The notes beneath the pieces were generated by a model. That model made no database searches, was not told the DNA's origin, and saw only the letters and a list, made by a program, of their open reading frames with translations. A stretch of DNA of 64,000 bases from the human T2T-CHM13v2.0 reference genome, Homo sapiens, in NCBI RefSeq assembly GCF_009914755.1, contig NC_060936.1. One strand, written 5' to 3'. Positions 1 to 13,691 of the stretch are shown here, piece by piece; position 1 is the stretch's first letter; every line of letters begins with the position of its first letter. The translations under genes were made by a program, and so were the position numbers.

Positions 1-196
<196 letters not shown>

Positions 197-318
197 TCAA
201 TTCAAAGCTAGATGGGTTTTAATTAGGGAAAGCATATAAAATATACTTAAAACTTAATTTTGTGGTCACATCAAAAAAGAGATAATGACTTATTTTGCCA
301 AGTTTTATGATATTATAT

Positions 319-369
319 GGCCATCACTTTTGATGGCCAAAACTGCAATTACTTTTGCACCCACCTAAA
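319..369. mobile_element. MADE1 (Hsmar1 MITE) partial
   Basis: GCCATCACTTTTGATGGCCAAAACTGCAATTACTTTTGCACCCACCTAA matches the MADE1 centre plus one TIR. Confidence 0.8.
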
Positions 370-956
370 TACTTGTGAAGTAAATGAAAAGCAAACAAAA
401 GTAATCATGGATATTTATGGCATGATTTTTTTTTCCAGAATTTGGACAAAATTCATAAAGACCTTGACTGAGATATTCTTGTATCTTGCTGTCAAGATAC
501 AACTTATCCCCCTCTCACTAAGCATTCCTTTATTATGTCAAGCAACCTACCCTTGACCTCTATGCAACATTTGAACACAAAAGAGTTAGCTTTATCTGCT
601 TATTTCTCCTTACATTTAACTTCAGACTCTCTTTCTTGTCTATACCTACCCACCAATTATCTTCTAGTTACCTTTAAAAATCTTTGTGTATATAAGGCTA
701 TCTTTGATTTATTTCTATTTTATCAGTATCTAACTCTATTTGATCCAAAATAGTAATCCATATATAATGCTTCTAAAAAGAGGAATGAAATTATTTCACA
801 TTTTAAATATTTATAAGTGTGAATCCCTATTCCAAAATTATACTGATAAACTTTAACAAATTAAAAAATATTGTCATATAGATTACGTTTAAATATTTGA
901 CAGTTTTCTTCCTGTTTCTTAGATGAATTCAAAGTACGGTCTGAGTGGGTTCTTAC

Positions 957-1061
957 TTGAATAAGGGCCGGGTAAACTTCATTCTTCCTTGTTCAGTTGC
1001 CATCTTTAGCGCCAAAGGAATTGCGTCCTCCCACTTGGATTGAATGCAGAGCCGCAGCCAT
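957..1061 (-). CDS. LTA4H: LTA4H exon 18 (WLRLC...GRMK...PLFK), 105 nt
   Basis: tttag|A ... AA|gtaaga. Confidence 0.97.
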
Positions 1062-1303
1062 CTAAAAGGAGGATTTGGGGGGAGCATGGAGTAGAAAATG
1101 AGGAAGGGGCAGGATATGACAGGTATATCTTAATATTACTTCTGTAGTGATATGAATAACCCCACTATAGTTATACTGTACACCACTTTATGGTATGTCT
1201 TGATTCTGAGACTCTCAAATCCTTATATATACAATTTAATAATTGGTGAAGAGAAAGAAGAGGAGCTGGTTCTTGAAAAAGATCATATATTTTTAAAGGT
1301 CTG

Positions 1304-1490
1304 GATCAGGTAGGTGCTCACATACCTTATAAATCCAATTTCTGAAGGAATTAAACTTTGGTTTAAGCCTCACATTACAAATTTGAATTAAGAAAGATCA
1401 GGTAGGTGCTCACATACCTTATACATGCAATTTCTGAAGGAATTAAACTTTGGTTTAAGCCTCACATTACAAATTTGAATTAAGAAAGAT
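1304..1490. repeat. 92-bp tandem duplication (2 copies, 2 mismatches)
   Basis: Unit GATCAGGTAGGTGCTC...TTAAGAAA starts at 1304 and 1396. Confidence 0.95.
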
Positions 1491-1834
1491 TAACATATAA
1501 TAGAATAAAATATTTCTAACTATTCCCATTTCAAAGTAGATTTAGTTGGTTGTGGAGAAAGCCTATTTACCACGGAATCCTTCATTCTAATTTTTTTTTT
1601 TTCTTTTAAGGCAAGAGAGGTTTAGAGCAAAGTCTAACAAAAAGATTAATACTACCAGATTACATATTGCAACTATTCCTTAAATACCACTATAAGTATT
1701 TATATAGAAGCAGTCAGTTTGACAAGGAATTCTCAAGACTCAAGTATGTCTCATACTCTGCATTCCCTTTCTCCATCTTTCAAAGGAGTTTAGTTTTCTG
1801 CTTTCTTCCACAGAGACAAGTTAAAATGATGTAC

Positions 1835-1917
1835 CTGAATCGTATTTCAGAATTGTTAATGGCATTGAAGTTGTACACCTCTTGCATTCGCTTTATGTGC
1901 CCCAATGGAAGAGGTGC
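1835..1917 (-). CDS. LTA4H: LTA4H exon 17 (APLPL...IRFR), 83 nt
   Basis: tttag|GCA ... AG|gtacat. Confidence 0.97.
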
Positions 1918-2519
1918 CTAAGAGCAAAATAAAGAAGTATACCGTATCATTTCAACAGGATTCCTTGGAAGAAAGGAGCTGGAGAGAAATGCATAGCCAG
2001 ATTAAAATCCTAAATATTTTATAATATAGAAATAAGTCAGATAAAAATAAAAGAAACAAATTGCACACTAAGTAAATTCTGTGCAAACTTATTCCAGATG
2101 AGGATATTCTACTGGGAGCACAGGGATAATTTACTTTGTGAAGTATTCAGCATTAAATGAGAATTGCTCTTCTTAGACTTTTTAGCATGTATAAATATTA
2201 TCTTTCAGACTTTTCCTAGAGTTTTTCTAGTTATTCTCTATAACTTATATATCTTAAATGCAATTCCATTCTCCAGATGAAATCATAGTTCCTTAATTTT
2301 TGCCTGATTCCCCCTAGCTTTATCTTTGTATATTTCCTCTGAAATCCCTGTTAAATTATCTGCATACCTACATAATAGCAGTTCTTAAATGTTTGTATTA
2401 TAGATCTCTTTGGGAATCTGATGAATAATGTGGACTCTTTCCCTAGGGGGAAAATACACTTACTACATGAATACAAACTTCTGTATACAATTTCAGGGGG
2501 TTTATAAGCATCCTATCCC

Positions 2520-3700
2520 TACCTTAACTCACCCTAAAAGGGAGGACAAGTTTGGGTGAAGGAAAGAAAAAAGATGAGTTCAGTTTGGACAAGCAGAGAG
2601 TTTGTAGTGCCTGTGAGAGGCAGAGGTGCCTCTAGGTAGATGATAACTCTCCCCTCCAACCACGACCTCCTTACCTTACAGGACTCCACACTCACTAACC
2701 AATCTCTGCTTTCATGAACTACTAATCCTGTCGCTAATAATTTAGTCCATTAGCCCCTTATGGACACATGCAACTCCAAGTCTACCCTGGTAGACCAACT
2801 GGTTAAGGTCATCTCCAAGGCTCCCTGACTTGCCCTAAGTTTTGCTATACCCATTCCAGAATCACCCTACCATGTTCTCTCTCTCTGTGGCCCTAGACCA
2901 CCCACCAGTGGTAGAGCAATTTATGAAACCATGATGACCCGATGCACTAAAAATAGATTCTCTCTTTGATGGGTCCTTTGTTGCGTCAAAATCCTATTCC
3001 TAATTTTTGCATCAATTCCACAGAAAATTCCGCTCCAAATCTTCTTCCTTCTCAAGGTCCTTAGACTGAAGACTTCCCTTTCATGGAAGTCTTTAAAATC
3101 CAGTCATTGGTTTATCTCAAAATGCAGCAACTCCTTTCGGTTTCATCTATTCTTTCAATTGCCTAGATTCGAAACCTTAAAATCTGCTTGGATTCTTTAC
3201 TGTCAACCCCTATAGCCAGTCAGTCACAGAGCTCTGTGCTTTCACCCTGTGTAAACTCTTTCTCACGTCCTGTTCTCTCCTCTCCCCGCAACTTACTCCC
3301 TCAAGTCCGGTACTCCTGCCAGTCTCCCAACTAGTAACTTCACCACCATGCAACCTTCATGGCCCCAGATTAGTTTTCTACAACCCAGCATTTCATCCCG
3401 ACTCTTCTGCTGGATTTTTAAAATCTTTTCCTACTGATCAGTGTAAGATCTAAAATTTCTTAGCTTAGCATTGAGAGTCATCACATCTGGTCCTACCAGC
3501 TTTTCTAGTGTTACCTTCACTGACTTCCTTACCCAGTGCTACTGTTTACTCCAGCAATGCTGCAGACGAATTCCAGCCCTTGCTGCTCCCTCCACCTTCA
3601 ATTTCTACCTCCCTGCTAGCCCTGGGGGTGCAAAGCAAGTCTCCTCCAAAATTCCCTCTCTGATGCCCCCAGTTGGAAGAGTCTTTCACTAATTAAGTTT
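2520..3700. mobile_element. Degenerate L2 fragments
   Basis: L2-like motifs (gagttcagtttggac, ctcatttatctcaaa-type and pyrimidine-rich L2 3' segments); boundaries approximate. Confidence 0.5.
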
Positions 3701-3754
3701 TTCCAAATGATACCTAAAGTATGCCTCCTTTTATTGCTAATGTTTTTAAAAAAA

Positions 3755-4043
3755 TTTTTTTATGAGATGGAGTTTCACTCTGTTGCTCAGGCTGGAGTAC
3801 AGGGGTGTGATCTCGGCTCACTGCAACCTCCGCCTCCCAGTCCAAGTGATTCTCCTGCCTCAGCCTCCTGAGTAGCTGGGATTACAGGCACCTGCCACCA
3901 TGCCCGGCTAATTTTTATATTTTTAGTAGAGACGAGATTTCATCATGTTGGCCAGGCTGGTCTCGAACTCCTGACTTCAAGTGATCTGCTTGCCTCGGCC
4001 TCCCAAAGTGCTGGGATTACAGATGTGAGCCACCGTGCCTGGC
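3755..4043 (-). mobile_element. AluS
   Basis: Full dimer; TSD TTATTGCTAA. Confidence 0.95.
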
Positions 4044-4310
4044 TTATTGCTAAATTTTGCATGTGTTCCCCTTCCTACTAGATTATACGCTATTTGAAGA
4101 TAAGGTATATCCTTTCTTACATATTTTCATATTTAGCACAATATAAAACACAGTAAGCATTCAATGCTTTTTTAAAGAAATGAATAAATTTTATAAATGA
4201 TTTTTTCCCCATTAGTTTCCACATTAATAATCTTTTGCCAAGTTGGGTAGAACATAAATGCTGTGCCTTTCTGTCCATTTTAATTTCTAAGATTTTGAGC
4301 TAGTACTTAC

Positions 4311-4406
4311 CCTCTGGAGCGTCTGTGCTAAAAACTCATTCAATTGATGAGAAGAGAGATCCTTCAGGTCTGTGGCATTGAATGAATTTAAATCATCTTC
4401 TTTGGC
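4311..4406 (-). CDS. LTA4H: LTA4H exon 16 (AKEDD...TLQR), 96 nt
   Basis: tttcag|GCC ... AGG|gtaagt. Confidence 0.97.
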
Positions 4407-5914
4407 CTGAAATAAATGTTACCTAGTTATTTTTGTTCAAGTACAATTTAATAATACTTATTGGTTTATCTGACATAAAAGTAAAAATTGAGAAAAAGAA
4501 CCATATGAATGAACAAGATTATTCAAAATAAATTTAAGCCTGAGTTACTTAAATAATCCTGAGATTGAGTTACTGTAATTTAAATAGCTGATATGACTCC
4601 TAGAATCTATATTACTTAAGAAAAAGTAGATTATGGGTAGGAAGAGTGGAAGAAACTGTTGACATTCATTGTACCATTCGAGGTATAGAAATTTCCAAAG
4701 CAAAGAAACATTTCAAAATGTATGCATGTCAACTAATCTATAGACCAATTCAAAAAGGTAAAGAATGAAATCGTATATTTTTAAATATTACATTAATAAA
4801 TTGGTAAGGCCATAAACTAATGTTTTCCTCCATCCCCACATATTCTGTTTTCCCCACTTAATCTTAGAAACCATCTAAGAAAAATAAAAATGAGTCTGCA
4901 CTTTTCAAATTTGGATTTACTCTCAAAAATCTTTGAGAAGATGATTAAGCAATATTAAATAAAGCTTATAAAAATAAGGATTTTTAAATCTTTTAGAACT
5001 ACTTTTATAATCTTTTAAACTAGGGCTTTTGTTACTTTAAAAGAAATATATGCAAATACTAAAAAATCAAATAGGACAGAAGGAAAAATTCTTTTGGATC
5101 TGCTCCCTGTCTCCAAGTACTACTCCTCAGTAACTAATATTAGTAGTTTCTGTATATCCTTCCACTAAATTTAATGCATAGGTATATACCCTTTTAAATA
5201 AATATTTTGCATCTTCCCCCTCTTCAGAACTCTCTTTAATAGCAATACTTCTTTTCCCTTTACAACTTATCCTTAATATGAGAACTTACAGCTCCAGCTC
5301 ATTTTCTGTGCAAAAACCTGCAAATCTAAACTATATATTAATTAAGGATATATTTATGTGGTAAAAACATAAAAAGCAAGAGAATGATAAACCAAAATTC
5401 AGGACAATGGTAACCTGGATGGGTCAGCAAGGAGGGTGGAGAGGGGCATAAGATGGGGAGGGATGCTACAGAGGTACCGCTAAGATTTTACTTCTTATGC
5501 TAGTGGTGGGTCACACAATTGTTTTATACACCATATGAATATGTTATAAATATTCTTTTGCATTTATTTACTATTTAAGACAAATCATTGAGAAATAAAA
5601 TACATAAGGAAAAGAGTGCATTAGTGAATACAGTGTCCTGAATCTGTTCCTAACAATGCCTGTTTCTACTAATATTGAAGAGTTGATCATTATCCACCTT
5701 AACTGCTGGGCCCAAAGGAATATTTGAGCAGAAATTAGTAGCAGTTTTAACTAGCACCAAATAAGCTGGAATACATTTTTCAAACTAAAACAGAGAATTT
5801 TAATACACTCACACTGTTAAAAAATCCTGTTTCCCATAGAAATCTCTTATACTTTTCTTCATGACAAGTTTGTCAACTACACAAAACAGGTTTTAAAAGG
5901 CAATAGCTGAACTG

Positions 5915-6210
5915 ATTGCACAGCTGGAGGCCATTATCCTAAGTGAATTAACACAGGAACAGAAAACCAAATACAGCATGTTCTCACAAGTGAGAGCTAA
6001 ACGACTGTATATTCATGGACATAAAAGTGGCAACAATAGATACTGGGCACTACTAGGAGTGGGGCAAGGGTTGAAAAACTACTGGGTACTGTGCTCAGTA
6101 CCTGGGTGATGGGATCAATCATACCCCAAACCTTAGCATCACACAATATGCACGTGTAACAAACCTGCACATGTGTCCCCTGAACTTAAAAGTTGAAATT
6201 ACGTAAAAAA
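5915..6210 (+). mobile_element. L1 3' end (old L1PA/L1PB)
   Basis: gctggaggccattatcctaagtgaattaacacaggaacagaaaacc...gtaacaaacctgcac. Confidence 0.88.
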
Positions 6211-6631
6211 ATGATAAATCTGTTGCAAATTAATAGGAATAAAAGTATTCCTAAATCTTCTGTTATTTTTCATTAAAGAATTATCAAGGGCTCATCCTTA
6301 CTTTGGCTTCAGTAAAGGGTTCTATTTTAGTACATATATGAAGAAGCTCCTCTTTAAGAAGCTTCATAGAAAGTGAACAAAGAGCAAAAGTGCTTCGATT
6401 CTTTGCACCACTAATAGTCAGCAGCTGGTCACCCAAGATCATTTTAGATTTACCTGGTATGTGAAATTGCCATATTGGAAGCAGTATCTTATAAATGATT
6501 TAAAAGGAAAAGAAGAAAGGTAAGATGCAAATATTTTTGCATACTTTTTTTTTTTAAGAGTTAAGAAGCAAGAAAAATCAGGATTAATGCCTTCAACATC
6601 AATTTTTCCCCCCATAAAACTTAATTTTCTA

Positions 6632-6921
<290 letters not shown>

Positions 6922-7090
6922 TTAATTTTCTATATTGAGAGTAGATATAATATCACCTTAGATAAACCTGACTTTCAAATAGCCTTTCCAAATATAACTG
7001 TTTGTGATTTAAAGTACCCTCCCTGCTTCATGAGTAAAGACATATTTGCACAATTCAAAAAGGAATCAAAAATCACACATTATTACTTAC

Positions 7091-7145
7091 AGTAATCCAT
7101 CTTTGACTTAAGGCAATACAAGCATTTGTCAGAGTCATATCATAA
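7091..7145 (-). CDS. LTA4H: LTA4H exon 15 (YDMTL...RWIT), 55 nt
   Basis: tgcag|T ... ACT|gtaagt. Confidence 0.97.
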
Positions 7146-8389
7146 CTGCAAAGATAAAGATTACATTGTTTAAAAATGCACGTGCTTTTGCAGAAATGCA
7201 GTTTTAAAGCTACAGTACATACTTAAATTTCAAAGTCCCTTTTAAATAAGGAAAACAAACTCCAAAGTGAGGAAAATAGGAAATATTTTACCTAACTTAC
7301 ATACTACTGGCATCATCCAAGAACTCACAAACCCAAATGGATACCACATTAATGAAACACCCATCTATCTTTTAGAAAGAATGCCAAAGCACCTCAGCAA
7401 AAGACTGTCATGTGCTCGAGTAGTATATGCTAAAGTAGTTGGAATCAGTTGAGCATATTTAGTACATGGCAGGAACAGTTCTAGGCACTCAAGACAACAA
7501 GATGAACAACATCAAGTCCTTGCTGTCATGGATTTTACTTGGTTGTTCCAAACATCTAATCATCTAACAAACCTGCAAGCACCTGCTACATAATTGGCAC
7601 CGTTCTAGATGCTAGACCCTTGAGAGAGCCCGATACCATTGCCTGATGATTTCATTCCTTTTTAGAAGAAAATGAAATTAACACATGGTAATTGTTAAGC
7701 AAATTATACCAATATTTGTGTGTTCTCAACTTAGAAATCATATTTTGCAACAATGGGAAAGAACATGTAGTGTGTGCAAAATTCTTGCAAAACATCCCTC
7801 TTTCTCCGTAAATCATGCTTGCTTGTACTGAAATGCTTGTATTAGGGAACAGAGAGGCACCTGCCCCTTAGAGCCTAAATGAAGTAAGTTTTGATTAGAA
7901 GTTACCACTGAATCTCCCTTAAAGAGAGTTGTGACTGGGACTCCGTTTGTTCCCTAGGGGAGACAATAAAAAGGTCAACACAGCTCCCACCTCGAAGCAG
8001 CTGCCAGTTTATTACATGAAGTGTCAGGCTGTGGACTGCAGGCATGCCATTTTGTCTTCAAGAACAGGTGGGATCAGAGGTCCTTGACTGATCAGAATAC
8101 ACTGCTTTCAACCAAAACATTATTAGCATTGATTTCTTAAAAAATAATAGCAAAGTAGAAAACCTTTAGCTGGTCTGTTTCTTCGTGTCCTGAAACTTCC
8201 TTATTAGTGTAATTAAAAGTACTAAGTTAAGAATTAGCCTGGGAAAGGACCCTACTTATGGCAAAGTCTTCAGAAAAGTAAAGAGCAAAACCAGATATGT
8301 GCCTTGTTCTCATGGTGCTGACAGTATAGCGAAGAGGAAATACTTTAATCATACGAATAAATAAATGTAAAGTTAGAACTGTGCAACTG

Positions 8390-8900
8390 CTACGAAGAGA
8401 GGATATAGCACTAAAAAGCCCTAGAATGGGAGATTTGACCTGGCCAGGGATGTCAAGAAATGCTTCCAAGAGGAAGTGGTTCTTGAGCTGAGATTGGAAT
8501 TAACTGGGCAAAGGGCTCCGGGTAGAGAAAACAGCATGCTCAGGTACTATGTTGGAGGACATATGGGGAGTTCGAGAAACTCCAAAACTGCCAGTGTGAC
8601 TGAAGCAAAGGGAGCTAGAGTGTTAGGAGCTTATAATCCCCACTAAAGGATTTTGTCTTAGCCCAAGAGCAAAGAGATACCAGTGGAGACTGCTAAGCAG
8701 GAGGACAACATGACACATTTGTGCTTTTAAAGGTTTACTCTAGCTTTAGTGTGGAGAGTGGCTGGGAGAAGTCAGAACAGATACAAGTGCACAGTTTGGG
8801 TGCCAGAACAGTCTTCCAGGATGTGAAGATGTGATACTGAACTTGGACAGTGGTAGTAGAAATGGAGAGATGTGGATAGACTCAGATATTTAAATACATA
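8390..8900. mobile_element. L2 fragment
   Basis: ttttaaaggtttactctagctttagtgtggagagtgg-type L2 motif; boundaries approximate. Confidence 0.55.
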
Positions 8901-10426
8901 TACAAATGATGAGAGCATTATAAAAAGAGGATCGTGGAAGCCAAGATTCTGTGCTGCAATGGATCAAAGTATTTTCTGTGGTTTGAGATTTTCTAAGATA
9001 CTCTCTCTTTACAGAATTCCCGGGCACACGAATGATTCCAGGGTTCCTCCAGCACTTTGGTATTACTTGAAAGCAATCTTAAGGGATCTAGAATGAACCA
9101 ACGCCCAAAAAGGATCCCTTAGCAGCGGTGATATCAAAGAAACACTTTTGAAGAACTAATTTTCCACCCAGATTTCCCCAATTTTAAAAGCAATGGGCAA
9201 AGCCTTCTCCACTCCTAAACTTCCTGGAACTGTCTTTTGGCTATATCAGGCCCCTGAAGTTAGAGTCTTTGAAAGACTCCAAACTCCAAATTCTATGCTT
9301 TTATTCTCAGGCTCCTCATAATTCTACAGCACACCAGACTGCTGACCACTCTCCGTACCACTTTTAAATTATTTCTTCCCACAGCTTTCTTAACAATGAA
9401 CCTTTGAAATCTTTTTAGTTTTCCATTTATTTTGCTACCTTTCCTCTGTCCTAGCTCTAAAATGAAGATCCTCTAAGGTTCTACAGTTTACTTCTTGTAT
9501 TCTCCTTTGTAAGTCATCTCCAAGACGATGTCCAAATCCATCACCATTAAAATTAATAGTTTCCTCACCCACAACACTTAATATTTTAAAAAAAATACTT
9601 TTCATTGTATTATAATTACTTGATACATACATATTTGCTCTGTGAGTTCCTTATTCATCATATTAGTGCCTGACAATAAATGTGTGCTGGATTGAGCTGA
9701 ATCTTTATTACATCTCTGCTCAGTCATTTTTAATTTCTTCTTTTCTCACCACAGCCAATCAGTTGCCAATAGATTCTAGCCCCCAAACGTCTCTTCTCTC
9801 AGTTACTCCTTTCTTTTCCACTGCCTTTGTATGACTTCAGGTCCTCATAATCTCTAGCAAGGCTGTTGTAAAAATTAACGAGATAATGTATGGCACTTCT
9901 TAATGAAGTGCTAGGAAAAAAATCTAAAGTATTATTTTTGCTGATACCTTTTTTAGACGTTAAAAGGGTTTACTGATGATTTGTGCCACCTGTTTCCAAC
10001 ACAAAATTCGAAACATTCTATCGTAATCACCCCTCCCTACCTGAGCTCCTGTTTCCCACCACAGCCTATGATAACCAGGACTGCCCAGTTAGTGGGGCGC
10101 TCTGACCACATTTGTTCCATACTCAGAACTCCCAGTAACTTCTCAACCAAACACTTCTCGGCCTGGCTGTTTAAAGTGCTTTACAAACAAACATGACCAG
10201 GCCTCATCTTGTTTCTTAGCTTCTCTCCTGCTGCTCCCTGAACATCAATTAAACTGGCCTGTTTAGTGTAAGAGAAGCTGGTAGGCAATTTTGGTGATCC
10301 AAAAGAAAGGCAACAAGAGAACATGCCATGGAACATGCCATGGTCAGTGTCCTCACACAACTCGTGAAAGACCAGGGTTCAGGTCCGATTGAAGGAGGGG
10401 GTTCAGTATAAAAAGCAGTATATTGA

Positions 10427-10718
<292 letters not shown>

Positions 10719-11184
10719 AAGGAAGAAAGCAGTATATTGGAGGCAATAAGACTGCCAGGGTTTGAATCTCAACTTTTACTACTCACTAGCTGTGCAACCT
10801 AGGGCAAGACACTTTACCTAGCTAAACCTAACTTACCTCCTTGGGAAATGGGGATAATAACTTATAACAGTGTTGTAATTAACATAATACTTATAAAATA
10901 TTTTTATTGCAGAAGTTTGAAGGAAGATACAATAGCTTATTGTCTAAATCCCTCACCATCCTTGTGCAGAAAGGAGGCACTCAATTACTTGAAGTGAAAA
11001 ACCATATTTGTAAACTGCAGAAATTATTCTTTTGGCCTCAGGGTTAAGGCCAAAACACCTAAGAACTCTGCTTTCATCATTTACTAGTAACAGTTTCAGG
11101 AAGGCATACTATTCTTTCAGATATTTTGAGGCTCTCTAGGAGTTAGGAGAATGAGAAGGAAAGCATTAGCAGGCAAGTACTTAC

Positions 11185-11255
11185 TTGGGCTTTATGGGAG
11201 GCAGTCCAGGAGAGTAGAGCCAGGCATTCCAATCAACTTGATTGAGAACATCAAC
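11185..11255 (-). CDS. LTA4H: LTA4H exon 14 (VDVLN...IKPN), 71 nt
   Basis: catag|GTT ... AA|gtaagt. Confidence 0.97.
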
Positions 11256-11746
11256 CTATGAATAGTAAGAATTCACAGTTTACAATAGAATGCCCTTTCC
11301 TGTCAAAAAAAAATTTAAACTTGTAAGTCCTTAGATATATAATTTTGTCTAATCTGCTATATCAAGATAATTTCTAAATCTTTTTTAAAAATTAATATTT
11401 TAAATTGATAGATCATAATTGTGTATACTTATGTGACACAATGCGATGTTTTGATATATGTACTCAATGTGGACTAAGTCAAGCTAATATATCCATTACC
11501 TCATCTAACTCTATCTTCTAAAATTTATATTCATCACCATACTATTGATGACTTCTCTGAAATAGGAAAATTCTACAGGTAGTTCATGTGGTTAAGATCA
11601 CATTTAAAATAGAAAAAATATGCAATGAGAGGTTGAGTCCTAAAGTTCTGAACCAATACTACTATTAGATAATACAAGTTAACCTAATCAGTCAATAAAT
11701 AGAGATATATCGAGCATGAAAAATAGAAAAGGTTTTTAAATCCAAC

Positions 11747-11850
11747 CTTATCTTTAAAATAGGAATACAGGAAATCCTTCCAGTCATCAGTAGTTATGCT
11801 CTTATAGGAAAACTTCTCAACATAAGCTTTTAAGAATCCTAGGAAAATCT
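11747..11850 (-). CDS. LTA4H: LTA4H exon 13 (EIFLG...FKDK), 104 nt
   Basis: cttag|AG ... AAG|gttgga. Confidence 0.96.
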
Positions 11851-12851
11851 CTAAGAGTAAAAAAGAAAAGAAATCAATTCATAGAAAGGTAATTATTTGA
11901 CATTTTGTGTGCGTGTTTGGCATTGTACTATTAACCACAGAGAACAGAGAACATTCAGAGAATAGGGAAATCTACGAGGACTTTCAGAGTGAAAGAATGT
12001 TCAAAAAAGGAGGTGGGACTTAAGTTGGGCCTTGAAGAATATATGTAATTCAGTGGAAGGGAGAAGAGAAATTCTAATTATAGGTAAGGGGATAACACAT
12101 GAAGACACAGAAAAGGAATGCATAACCCAAGTTCTAAAAGCAATAACCTTCACATGACTAGAAAGGAGAAAAATAAGACTGGACAGGCAGAATGGATCCA
12201 GGTGACAGACAGCCTTCCAAGTCAATCAACCAAGGAGAACACCTCAATGTCCATCAGTGGGGGATGGGTACATAACTCAGCATAGCTTTATCATGAACTA
12301 GTATGATGGCATTAAAAAGTATGAAACAGATTTATATGTACTGACACAGAAGGGTGTATGTGAAATATCGAGCAAAACAAAACACAAATGCAGAGCCAAT
12401 ATATAGCATGACCCATTTTTTGTAATTAAAATAATTACATGTATTTATTTGTCTGCTTGTTAATTTACACCTAGAAAATGATCTGGAGCCATTTACACCA
12501 AACTGCTAACAGTGGTTACCCCTGGGGAGTGGAAAGGGGTTGATGGACTCTCACTTGTTACTCTTATAAACTTCTGTACCATAGAAATGTTTTCAGGGAA
12601 TACACACTATTATCCTAATTTCAAAAACTGATGAGATTTTTTAAAAAATGAAGCAGCATAATTTAAACCTTAGGGGTTATTAATGGTTTTAAGTTGAGAG
12701 GTAACTCAGAAAACAATACAGATTTCTTCAGCAGCTACATCCAGAATGAATTGGAAGTATTAAATGGAACAAAACAATAGTTTACAATTCTTCCTAATTC
12801 TCACATTACCCTCAAAAAGAAAAAAAAAATCATAAAATACCAACTACTTAC

Positions 12852-12996
12852 CTGGTCCTCCAAGCAGTTGTTCAAGGTAAAAAAGTAAAGCAAAGCCCTT
12901 CTCATAGGGAACTGAAGAATAAGCTACATCAGGGTCTATATCTGTCAGATCAACCACAAGTTTGGTGAAAGGATGTGTCTCCCCAAATGTCTTTAC
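12852..12996 (-). CDS. LTA4H: LTA4H exon 12 (VKTFG...VPYEKG...LGGP), 145 nt
   Basis: tgcag|GTA ... G|gtaagt; catalytic Tyr in PYEKG. Confidence 0.97.
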
Positions 12997-13579
12997 CTGC
13001 AAGACATGAAATAACATGGAGAAACATATAGAAAGACTGCTATCACCACGCAAATAAGCTAATAAGGAGGTATTACTTCACTCAGTGGTGTAACTTTAGG
13101 GGAATCTAAAACTTGGAGACTGGAACACTAGGATATGTTGGCATAAACTTCTGGAAGTCTATTAATAGAATGCTTACTTAAGTAATATTCTCTGTTGTTT
13201 CTTGCTCAATAATACAGGCTTTATTCTTATAAAAAGACTAGAAAAATGATTTAATGCCTGGTCAGCAAATTTGGCTTTCAGGAGACAACACTTAAAAATG
13301 ACATACCAAATAAGATGCAAACATAGTAAACAGCTATATTAATAGCAAAGACCCAGTGAGGTCCCACAGCTCCCTATTTAGACCAGGTCATCAAAACTAC
13401 CTTACATAGAACAGTGAACAGTGTGGATCAACACAGTGTTATACCAGCATTGACTTCACTTTCCACACTTGTAAAAATGACTTTTTGGTTGCTACACAGT
13501 AAAGACGCTTTTATAAAAACTCAGTTTTTAACACCTATACAACTTTGGATGAAGGTTTTTAAAACTTTGACTCCTTTAC

Positions 13580-13691
13580 CGAATTCTGTAGTTCTCCCCA
13601 TCCTCCCAGAGCATTAAAATGTCTGAACTTTTCACCAAACAATCGTCCGCAAATGTGGCGTTCCAAGTACACAGTATGTCCCTCATTTAAC
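13580..13691 (-). CDS. LTA4H: LTA4H exon 11 (LNEGH...LQNS), 112 nt
   Basis: ttttcag|G ... TCG|gtaaag; third zinc ligand Glu. Confidence 0.97.

Noticed and set aside
904-975. + strand acceptor (ttttcttcctgtttcttag at 922) suggesting an antisense exon over exon 18
   Set aside because: No strong matching donor; such motifs are common by chance and cannot be supported without transcript data
1304-1490. Direct repeats as a CRISPR-like array
   Set aside because: Two adjacent copies with no spacers in mammalian intronic DNA
10319-10343. GAACATGCCATG x2 as a p53 response element
   Set aside because: CATG cores are 5, 7, 12 or 17 nt apart rather than 10, and the half-sites are imperfect; more likely a 12-bp slippage duplication
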